Shown here: in pieces, positions 29,132 through 36,685 of the stretch | Position numbering within the stretch: position 1 is the first letter of the stretch | How the letters are laid out: the number at the start of each line of letters is the position of its first letter | From: Gammaproteobacteria bacterium | GTDB taxonomy: Bacteria; Pseudomonadota; Gammaproteobacteria; UBA1113 | Length of the DNA stretch: 39,582 bases | Direction of reading: 5' to 3' | Assembly: GCA_009885895.1 (NCBI GenBank) | Contig: VFJV01000052.1 | Coordinates: 1-39,582, forward strand | Translations under genes and position numbers: made by a program | The notes under the pieces: generated by a model | Told to the model about the DNA's origin: nothing | Seen by the model: the letters and a program-made list of their open reading frames with translations, nothing else | Databases searched by the model: none

Positions 29132-30602
29132 AAAAAAAGACATCATTATCATAGGCGGCGGCATCAATGGCATAGCCATAGCGGGACAAGCCGCGCGTTT
29201 AGGCTTAAAAGTGGTGCTTATAGAGCAAAACGACTTGGCTTCGGGAACCTCGAGTAAAAGTACGCAACTCATTCATGGCGGTTTGCGCTATTTGCAGCAA
29301 TATTATTTTTCTTTGGTCAAAAAAGCGCTGCATGAACGCAGTCTTCTGGTTAAAATGGCACCACATTTGATTAAACCCATACCATTTATTATTCCCTATT
29401 ATAAAAAAAACGCGCTAAAACGTTGTATCCTACGAATGGGTCTATTTATCTACGATCATTTAAGTTCAGGCAATAGCTTGCCTAAAGCAAAGGGTATTCA
29501 TTTGACTATTGCGCCGTACCAATCCTTTTTTAAGAGCGCGATCAAACAGGGTTCAGTTTATAGTGATGCCTGGACGCATGACAGCCGTTTGGTGATAGAG
29601 TGGGCTTTATTGGCGAGGCGGTATGAAGCGAGTATTTTAAGCTATCAGAAGATCTTGGCGCTCGGAGAAAATGAAGAGTGCTGGCAAGTTAGGGTAGAAG
29701 ATAAGTTTAATCAGGAATGCCATACTTATGAGGCGAACATTCTAATCAATGCTACGGGTCCTTGGGCCGAAGGCTTTCAAAAACAGTATTTAACGGATTT
29801 ACCCCATACTTCATTGCGTTTAGTAAAGGGCAGTCACTTGGTGTTAAAAAGAGAATTGCCAGATGACCACGCCTATTTATTGGAATGTGCAGATGGCCGC
29901 GTTATTTTTTTAACGCCCTATGAGCCGGGTTATTGTTTGCTGGGGACTACCGAATTAGAGTGCCAGGGATCTTTAGAGGATATTCGGGTAGAGCCATCGG
30001 AAATAGAGTATTTGCTCGCGGCCGCCAATGTGTATTTACAAACGCCGCTTACAGTCCAGGATATAGTCCATACCTTTTCAGGGGTGAGACCCTTGCTGGA
30101 CGATGGCGTGCATACGGCGCATCAGTTGTCTAGAGATTATCATTTAGCGCTACAACAGAGTAAAAAGGGGAATACGGTGTTGACGGTTTTGGGCGGGAAA
30201 TTGACTACGCATCGACGTTTGGCTTTAGAGGCATTGATTTTACTCGAAAAAACACGCCCAGCCTGGCCTGCTGTAAAAGATGAGGCGACTCTTTTGCCTG
30301 GCGGCGAGCCCTTAGATGAAGTAGGATTTAGGCAACGCTATTCTTTTATTCCTAAGCCTGTATTATCGCGTTATTTGCGTTGTTATGGTACACTCTGCCT
30401 GCTTTGGCTTAGGGAGAAAATGACCTTGTCCGAGTTGGGCATAGATTTTGGCCTAGGTCTGTATCAAGCAGAAGTGGATTATTTATTGACCCAAGAATGG
30501 GTTAAATGTGCGGACGATCTATTATGGCGACGCACTCGTTTGGGATTGTGTTTAGATGAAATAGATTTGGGAAGATTGGCAGAGTATATTCGTAATAGGT
30601 GA
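29124..30602 (+). CDS. glpD: FAD-dependent glycerol-3-phosphate dehydrogenase
   Basis: IIGGGING, GTSSKSTQLIHGGLRYL, KGSHL, GVRPL, GGKLTT and LWRRTRLG. Start moved to the in-frame ATG at 29124. Confidence 0.93.
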   Translation: MIEKKDIIIIGGGINGIAIAGQAARLGLKVVLIEQNDLASGTSSKSTQLIHGGLRYLQQYYFSLVKKALHERSLLVKMAPHLIKPIPFIIPYYKKNALKRCILRMGLFIYDHLSSGNSLPKAKGIHLTIAPYQSFFKSAIKQGSVYSDAWTHDSRLVIEWALLARRYEASILSYQKILALGENEECWQVRVEDKFNQECHTYEANILINATGPWAEGFQKQYLTDLPHTSLRLVKGSHLVLKRELPDDHAYLLECADGRVIFLTPYEPGYCLLGTTELECQGSLEDIRVEPSEIEYLLAAANVYLQTPLTVQDIVHTFSGVRPLLDDGVHTAHQLSRDYHLALQQSKKGNTVLTVLGGKLTTHRRLALEALILLEKTRPAWPAVKDEATLLPGGEPLDEVGFRQRYSFIPKPVLSRYLRCYGTLCLLWLREKMTLSELGIDFGLGLYQAEVDYLLTQEWVKCADDLLWRRTRLGLCLDEIDLGRLAEYIRNR

Positions 30603-30624
30603 ATATGTTCAATTGCACAGGATT

Positions 30625-30926
30625 GTCATTGCGAGGAGGCCGTTTAACTGTTCTTGTGCAAATAAACAAAATTAGTAACGGTCGACGCGGCAATCCATGA
30701 TGTTGAGCAATAAGAATGGCCGCTGTTTTATCCTAAATATTAAAAAGAAGCGTATTTTTATGCGGGCTGAGATTGAAAATGTACCCCGTATAAAGAACCC
30801 TATATTTTTAATTTTTCTGTAAACAGATGATTTTTTTTGATTGTTCAAAATCATGGATTCCTTCGAATACCGTTACTTATTCCGTGTTTTCAGACTAGAG
30901 TAGTGAAACGGCATTCTTGCAATGAC
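30625..30926. repeat. Palindromic element, family A, copy 3 (expanded)
   Basis: GTCATTGCGAGG...GGCAATCCATGA on the left and TCATGGATTCC...TCTTGCAATGAC on the right. Both arms carry homologous inverted inserts (GCCGTTT...AGTAACGGT). Confidence 0.75.
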
Positions 30927-30975
30927 GAAGTTCAGTGTAAATCAATATATTCGCGGCAAAACAAAGCGCATTTTA

Positions 30976-31084
30976 TTTTTAGGGTAGAAGACTAGTCCTC
31001 GAGCAACAGGAGTGACGTATTCTGTTATAGACTAGGGCGAGATGGGCAAGGCAACAACCCCTAACTACAACTGCGAAGAGTATA
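30976..31084. mobile_element. MITE-like element, family B, copy 2 (inverted relative to copy 1, left end eroded)
   Basis: TTTTTAGGGTAG...CGAGCAACAGGAGTG...GCGAGATGGGC...CCCCTAA...CAACTGCGAAGAGTATA matches the reverse complement of 2441-2567. Confidence 0.75.
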
Positions 31085-31111
31085 CCCGGCATAAATGACA
31101 GAGAGAAAAAA

Positions 31112-31936
31112 ATGGTTACAAATAGCAAAGTTGAAAAAAAATTATTACACTATACGGGTAAGGCAATCAGTGACTACAACATGATCCAAAAAGGCGATCG
31201 CGTCATGGTGTGTTTATCCGGCGGAAAAGATTCTTTTACGTTATTGTGCCTATTGGAACAATTGCGCATTAATTCCAATAATCGCTTCGAGTTATTTTCT
31301 TTTACCTTGGACCAAGCCCAACCCGGTTGGGATGACAGCGGATTACGGGCTTTTATGGCAGAACGCCGCATTCCCTATGAAGTTTTGCGCCGCGACACCT
31401 ATTCTATAGTGAAAGAAAAAATACCGGAAGGCAAAACCTATTGTTCTTTGTGTTCGCGTTTGCGCCGAGGTAATATTTATGGTTATGCCAAAGAAAACGG
31501 GTTTACTAAAATTGCGCTAGGCCATCACCGCGATGATTTGGTCAATACATTGTTAATGTCTATTTTATATAGTGGCGAAATTCGCTCTATGCCGCCTAAA
31601 TTATTAACCGATGATAAAAGACATATTCTAATTCGCCCCATGGTGTATTGCCAGGAAAAAGACATTATACAATATGCAAGCGAACAGAATTTCCCTATTA
31701 TTCCTTGTACCTTGTGTGGCGCTCAAGAAAAATTAACGCGTAAGAAAATAGCGGCCTTAATGAAGACCTTAACAGCGGAAAACCCCAAAGTGCCTAGCAA
31801 TGCTTTAAGTGCCTTGGGTAACATTAGGCCTAGCCAACTCATGGATAAAGATCTGTGGCCGTTTAAAGAGCTAGAAAACGGGTTATTGTTGGAAGAGGCT
31901 TTGGGAGAAACGATGGATCTAGCCGATCCATTTTAG
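31112..31936 (+). CDS. ttcA: tRNA 2-thiocytidine(32) synthetase
   Basis: PP-loop [27 protein letters not shown] and IIPCTLCG. Confidence 0.97.
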   Translation: MVTNSKVEKKLLHYTGKAISDYNMIQKGDRVMVCLSGGKDSFTLLCLLEQLRINSNNRFELFSFTLDQAQPGWDDSGLRAFMAERRIPYEVLRRDTYSIVKEKIPEGKTYCSLCSRLRRGNIYGYAKENGFTKIALGHHRDDLVNTLLMSILYSGEIRSMPPKLLTDDKRHILIRPMVYCQEKDIIQYASEQNFPIIPCTLCGAQEKLTRKKIAALMKTLTAENPKVPSNALSALGNIRPSQLMDKDLWPFKELENGLLLEEALGETMDLADPF

Positions 31937-31940
31937 TTTC

Positions 31941-32008
31941 TATACTCATAGCCGTTGGTTTTTAGGGGGCATAGGCACCCCCCCTAAAAATCAACTGCGT
32001 AGAGTATA
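31941..32008. mobile_element. MITE-like element, family B, copy 3 (internally deleted), overlapping the ATPase stop codon
   Basis: TATACTCATAGCCGTTGGTTTTTAGGGGG...CCCCCTAAAAATCAACTGCGTAGAGTATA carries the same TIRs as copy 1. Confidence 0.8.
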
Positions 32009-33361
32009 TAATAAGCGATGAATTTGTCCTAATAAATAAAACGGAATAGAGCAGAGCTGATATTCAACTTGTACGCCGTTAGTGAGCAATGTTTTCACCC
32101 TGACTTGGCTTGGAAGATCTGAATTTATCCGCAATGCTTGCGGTAATTGTTTCAGGTGCATAAATAAATGCAATGATTTTAGGCTGCCCGTTGTTCCTGA
32201 TTTAACTTCAATGGGGAGCAAGCCATTTTCGTGTTGAATAATATAATCGATTTCAGATGAGGCCCCTTTTTTATCTCGATTCCAGTAATATAAATGGGGA
32301 TTAATATAGGGCGGTTCAATGGTCCTTAGTAATTGCCCTACAACTTGTTCAGAAATGCCGCCTTTATTGACTAGATTAATATCGTTTAAACTATCTATTT
32401 GCTGTAAGTTCAACCCTAAGGCAATAGAGGCTAAGCCTACATCCAACAAGATAACTTTAAATGTTTTGCTATCGATTTCAGCCGCTAACGGTAAATCGTT
32501 CGCAGCGCAACTGTAAATGGGATGGCAAATGCGGGCTTGCGTTAACAATGCCAAGGCCGACTTAAGGGCGATGGATTGAACCTCTGAATTAACACGGCTA
32601 TATTTAAATTTTTCGCCTAAAAGATGGGGTGTTTGCATTAAGACCTCATCTAGACGTGCTAGAGATAATTTTTTTGAATACTTATTAAAGTCATCGCGAT
32701 AGGTAGTCAATAAATCATGTTGAATTTGTTGCACGGCCATTAAATTGTGTGTTTCATGCCATGTTGAAACCGCAGCAGGCAAACCACCGATAATAATATA
32801 TTTTTTAAATTCCATCATAAGCGCTTGGTGGAGGACTGCTGGAATTTCATTTTGCCAGGTATACTCTGTTATAAAACTCAACCATTGTTCGTGACCTTGG
32901 GCTAATAAAAATTCCTCAAAAGAAAGGGGTTCTAAATATAAATAATGAATACGCCCAACGGGCATGCTAAAGGTTTGCTCGGTTAACATAAATTCTAATA
33001 AGGATCCCGCTGCGATAACGGCTAATTCGGGCATTTCTTCAGAAAACCAGCGTAACGTGGCGAATGCTTCAGGTGCAGCTTGAATTTCGTCTAGAAACAA
33101 TACCGTATTGTGGGGTGCGATAACTTGGTTGTATTGAACTCCGATATTATTTAAAATATGCAAAGGATCGTTATTGTTAAATAAGCTTTTTAATTGAGGT
33201 GTACGCTCAAAATTAATCTCTATCAGTTTCTTCGTGTTAGTTTGGGCAATCTGCCTTGCGAGCCAAGTTTTACCAACTTGACGTGCGCCCCGCAAGACCA
33301 AGGGTTTGCGCTGTGGTGATTCTATCCATTTCTGCAGATACATCAAGGTTGATCTGTACAT
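31991..33361 (-). CDS. AAA_14 ATPase with DUF4143 and C-terminal PD-(D/E)XK-like motif
   Basis: GARQVGKT, LFLDEIQ, AAGSLL, MPVGRI, PLSFEEFL, GGLP and EIDY...PIEVKSG. Confidence 0.9.
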   Translation of the reverse strand: MYRSTLMYLQKWIESPQRKPLVLRGARQVGKTWLARQIAQTNTKKLIEINFERTPQLKSLFNNNDPLHILNNIGVQYNQVIAPHNTVLFLDEIQAAPEAFATLRWFSEEMPELAVIAAGSLLEFMLTEQTFSMPVGRIHYLYLEPLSFEEFLLAQGHEQWLSFITEYTWQNEIPAVLHQALMMEFKKYIIIGGLPAAVSTWHETHNLMAVQQIQHDLLTTYRDDFNKYSKKLSLARLDEVLMQTPHLLGEKFKYSRVNSEVQSIALKSALALLTQARICHPIYSCAANDLPLAAEIDSKTFKVILLDVGLASIALGLNLQQIDSLNDINLVNKGGISEQVVGQLLRTIEPPYINPHLYYWNRDKKGASSEIDYIIQHENGLLPIEVKSGTTGSLKSLHLFMHLKQLPQALRINSDLPSQVRVKTLLTNGVQVEYQLCSIPFYLLGQIHRLLYTLRS

Positions 33362-33420
33362 AATCCACTCTTTTTTTAGGGTATTTTTTTTATTTTAGCA
33401 GATAGCACCTTAAAGTCAAT

Positions 33421-33472
33421 AAAAGACGGGGTTCTTTTCGGTAGATACAGCAGAAAAGACAGGGTTCTTTTC
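33421..33472. promoter_or_regulatory. 19-bp direct repeat of a palindromic unit (operator-like or terminator-like)
   Basis: AAAAGACGGGGTTCTTTTC (33421-33439) and AAAAGACAGGGTTCTTTTC (33454-33472). Each is (G)AAAAGA-N6-TCTTTT(C), with a 33-bp period. Confidence 0.55.
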
Positions 33473-33479
33473 CATTCGG

Positions 33480-34406
33480 TTATAATTTACGCAAATAAAC
33501 CTGCTCAATCCCATGATCTGCGCCTTTTTCTAAAATTAACTGCGCTCTATATTGATAGGGTAAAATATTTTTAAAGAGGTTCGGCGCATTGATATTTTCC
33601 CAGATATTGTCCGCAAAGGCCATGGCTTTTTCTTCATCCATTTTGCTAAACTGATGAAAATATAAATGGGGTTTATCCAGTGCCTGCAGGCGAAAAGAGC
33701 GAAAACGCTCTAAGAACCACGCTCTAATTATCTTTGTAGGCGCGCTTACAAAAATATTAAAATCTATAAAATCAGAAACATACACCCGTTGTGCTTCGCT
33801 GATATCGGGCATTTGCAATATGTTTAAACCCTCGATGATCAAGATATCCGGTGCGGCTATAGTGGTGACGTCGTTGGTAATATCGTAGCTTGCGTGGGAA
33901 TACACCGGTACAGTAACCTCAGCCTTACCAGATTTTAAATCATTTAAAAATTGCAATAATGCTTGGCGATTATAACTTTCCGGAAATCCCTTGCGCGACA
34001 TCAATCCTTTGGCTTTGAGTACGGCACTGGGGTATAGAAAACCATCGGTAGACACTAAAGCCACTTTAGGGTGGTGCGGCCAGCGCGATAAAACCGTTTG
34101 CAAAATACGGCTGGTGGTACTTTTGCCTACGGCTACACTACCCGACACACCGATGATATAAGGCATTTTATGGGTATTTTGATGCAAAAATTGATTGGTC
34201 GTACTGTGTAGATTTTGAGTTTGTGTTACATAAAGATTCAGCAAGCGTGCGAGGGGTAAGTAAATGTCTTCAACTTCGCTAATGGAAATGGACTCGTTAA
34301 AGCCACGCAAATTGTCTAACTCTGCTTCAGTGAGCAATAAAAGCGTGTCAGCACGGTAATGGCGCCATTGTTCACGAGAAAACTGCATATAAGGAGAAAG
34401 TGACAT
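33480..34406 (-). CDS. coaA: Type I pantothenate kinase
   Basis: IYLPL, GSVAVGKSTT, TDGFL, RKGFPESY, PVYSH..YDI and IIEGLNILQ. Confidence 0.96.
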   Translation of the reverse strand: MSLSPYMQFSREQWRHYRADTLLLLTEAELDNLRGFNESISISEVEDIYLPLARLLNLYVTQTQNLHSTTNQFLHQNTHKMPYIIGVSGSVAVGKSTTSRILQTVLSRWPHHPKVALVSTDGFLYPSAVLKAKGLMSRKGFPESYNRQALLQFLNDLKSGKAEVTVPVYSHASYDITNDVTTIAAPDILIIEGLNILQMPDISEAQRVYVSDFIDFNIFVSAPTKIIRAWFLERFRSFRLQALDKPHLYFHQFSKMDEEKAMAFADNIWENINAPNLFKNILPYQYRAQLILEKGADHGIEQVYLRKL

Positions 34407-34414
34407 CTGTATTC

Positions 34415-35170
34415 CTATGATCTGGATAAGACGGCTATGCCATCGGCAACGGCACGAAAGCTAGGAATATCTAATACAAAATCACCCACCTGTGTATAGA
34501 TTTGCGTAGAGCTACCCCCATCCAAATTGAGCGCATACACGCAGCCTAAGCCGCCATTTTTTTCGGGGCGCCGTAGAATGTTTGCCAATTGTACAGTGGT
34601 TAATGCAGCACCTTCACTTACGACGATAATCACCTCATTATTTTGGTTATAGCCTATGGCGGTACGGTTGTCTACATTTTCTTTTAGATGAGGGATAATT
34701 TTATCGACTAATAAACGCGGCCCTGCTTGTATGGCAAATTCTATATCGTTGCTTAAATTAAAGTTATTGAAACTACTGAGTTTCGGTGTAGTCTTGCTCA
34801 CGTAAAAAACGCCCCACCAGGAAATGGGTTTTAAGGGAAAGAGTTGTTCGCCATTGTTGATGCGCAGCCCTAAGGGTTTTCCCTCGGGTGTAAAAAAGCC
34901 CGCATTAACAGTTAATAAAGCACCTGCATTAATCCCCATTTCTTTGACACTGCTAGGTTGTGAGGGGGACAATAAGGCTAAGTGGTTTTCTTTTAAATCT
35001 ATTTTAAAGGCGTGTAATTTTCCTGCCTCTAAGTCTAGAGCCGTATAGTCTAGACCTGGAGCTAAGTGTTGCCACTGTGTGCCCGCGGTTGTTTTACACC
35101 CCACAATAAAAAGCATCCCTAGAATGATCCACTGAGTATGGCGGCGGAGTTTGTGACTGGATTCAGTCAT
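34415..35170 (-). CDS. Phosphodiester glycosidase (NAGPA/DUF2233) family protein, probable lipoprotein
   Basis: VNAGFF, QAGPRL, RTAIG and ALNLDGGSS motifs. Lipobox-like IVGC after a hydrophobic stretch. Confidence 0.88.
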   Translation of the reverse strand: MTESSHKLRRHTQWIILGMLFIVGCKTTAGTQWQHLAPGLDYTALDLEAGKLHAFKIDLKENHLALLSPSQPSSVKEMGINAGALLTVNAGFFTPEGKPLGLRINNGEQLFPLKPISWWGVFYVSKTTPKLSSFNNFNLSNDIEFAIQAGPRLLVDKIIPHLKENVDNRTAIGYNQNNEVIIVVSEGAALTTVQLANILRRPEKNGGLGCVYALNLDGGSSTQIYTQVGDFVLDIPSFRAVADGIAVLSRS

Positions 35171-35946
35171 AACCTATCTTCCTTATCTATCCAAATGAGT
35201 GTTGCCATGCGGCCACCCGTGTGCTGGTTATGCTGCATAGAATAACGTGCGGAATAAAATTGCTGTGGATCGCTATAGGTGCAATGCTGGCCGCCGTAAA
35301 TTTGCGTCACGCCTAAACGCTGCAATTGTATTTTAGCGATGCCGTAGAGATCGGCATGCCATTGTTGGTCTGTATCCTGATAAAAGGCCGATGCTAAGCT
35401 TTTGTCCTGATCTAAAAACAAGTCGCGAAAGTCTGCACCCACAACATAAGCATCCTTTCCTATGGCAGGCCCTAGCCAGACATACAACTCCTTGCTAGGC
35501 AGAGCCAGTTGTTTTAAACTGGACTCAATAATGCCTTGTTGCAGGCTGCGCCAACCCCCGTGCAGCGCAGCAATCCCTAAACCTTGGGGATGCGCAATTA
35601 AAATGGGTAAACAATCTGCCGTTAATACGGCGCAAATTTGTCCATTAGAATAAGTATAGACGCCATCGGCTTGCATTTCAGAGTGTACATCAGAGGCAGC
35701 AATAACGTTTGTGCTATGCACTTGATGCACCCATTGCGGGGTGTAGGGAAGTTTCATTTCTGTCACTAAGCGGCCTACGTTTTTTGTGACTAGAAGGGAA
35801 TCATCGCCTACACGATAGCCTAAGTTTAAACCTGCGTAAATGCCTTCACTATAGCCATGGGGGCGCAAGGTGCTAAAAGCATGTACCTTGCTTTTTAGGG
35901 GCCAATCGGCATGTAGATAAGGCATATCGTGCTTCCTATGATCCAT
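35167..35946 (-). CDS. pgeF: Peptidoglycan editing factor PgeF/YfiH (purine nucleoside phosphorylase-like)
   Basis: LNLG..VGD, QVHS, LTADCLP, HGGWR, WLGPAIG and FYSAR...GRM. Confidence 0.94.
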   Translation of the reverse strand: MDHRKHDMPYLHADWPLKSKVHAFSTLRPHGYSEGIYAGLNLGYRVGDDSLLVTKNVGRLVTEMKLPYTPQWVHQVHSTNVIAASDVHSEMQADGVYTYSNGQICAVLTADCLPILIAHPQGLGIAALHGGWRSLQQGIIESSLKQLALPSKELYVWLGPAIGKDAYVVGADFRDLFLDQDKSLASAFYQDTDQQWHADLYGIAKIQLQRLGVTQIYGGQHCTYSDPQQFYSARYSMQHNQHTGGRMATLIWIDKEDRL

Positions 35947-36603
35947 ATGCAGCTTATCATAACGAAATAGGGGGGCTAAGTCAAAAATGCCCCACCTGAG
36001 GCCTATCTACGCCTGGCTATAAAGTAGACTTAATTTTGCGCATATGCTATGAACACTCTCTAAAATATATAACATTAATAAAGGTAAACTCAGGGTAGCA
36101 ACTTATCAAGAATAATTAAAGACTCGCGTTAATAAGCAAACTGCTATCCCTTTATTTTAAGCACATGTTTTTTTAATGCCAACCACATTGCGCTACAATT
36201 TCTTGAAATTAGAACTTTTTTGTGATTAGGACCTAATGGTTCAAGCTTCACCCAACCAGCAGAAATATACCAGTATTGCAATGTAGTCGCATTTGGACTA
36301 CAACAAACTATAGAGATTGTGTCGCCGCTCAGACCCCTTTCTTCTTGAAATCACGAGTACCGGTTCAGACACTCAGTTCATATTGGAGAAGACTAGCGCT
36401 TGCTTTATTTTTGGGGCGGATATATCATGCGGCCAGTAAGGTAACTTTGCTTTGCTTCACGCGACAACTATCCTGACAGTCACCGAAAGGACTTTTATGG
36501 CTTTTCGGTCAGGCACTACTTAGGCTTATTTCTAACTCATTGATTTTAATAAAGAAATACGGAGTTAGACGAATATTTACTTAAAAAGCACTTTTTTATT
36601 TGT

Positions 36604-36646
36604 TTTAAGGAAACATTAATAATCCAGCTAAAAAACAATGTATAAT
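36604..36646 (+). promoter_or_regulatory. Putative promoter of the orphan gene: TATAAT -10 with an upstream TTAA-N7-TTAA (PmrA-box-like) repeat
   Basis: tTTAAggaa-ac-aTTAAtaaT (36604-36623), perfect TATAAT at 36641-36646, GAGGT RBS before the ATG at 36686. The region is AT-rich, so a chance match is possible. Confidence 0.35.
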
Positions 36647-36685
36647 GCGCTTAAATAATTATTTTTAACTAGAGTGAGGTGAACT

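Noticed and set aside
30502-30854. Two short minus-strand ORFs (63 aa and 60 aa)
   Set aside because: They lie largely within family A copy 3 or overlap the end of glpD, and have no protein motifs.
33421-33472. Possible mini-CRISPR array
   Set aside because: Only two 19-bp units with a 14-bp spacer and no cas genes, which is too short.
36228-36260. 6S RNA (ssrS) suggested by CTTGAACC..GGTCC on the minus strand
   Set aside because: I could not build the long closing stem, and the usual zapA/ygfA context is absent.
36276-36476. 66-aa + strand ORF
   Set aside because: Non-ATG start, no RBS or recognisable motif.
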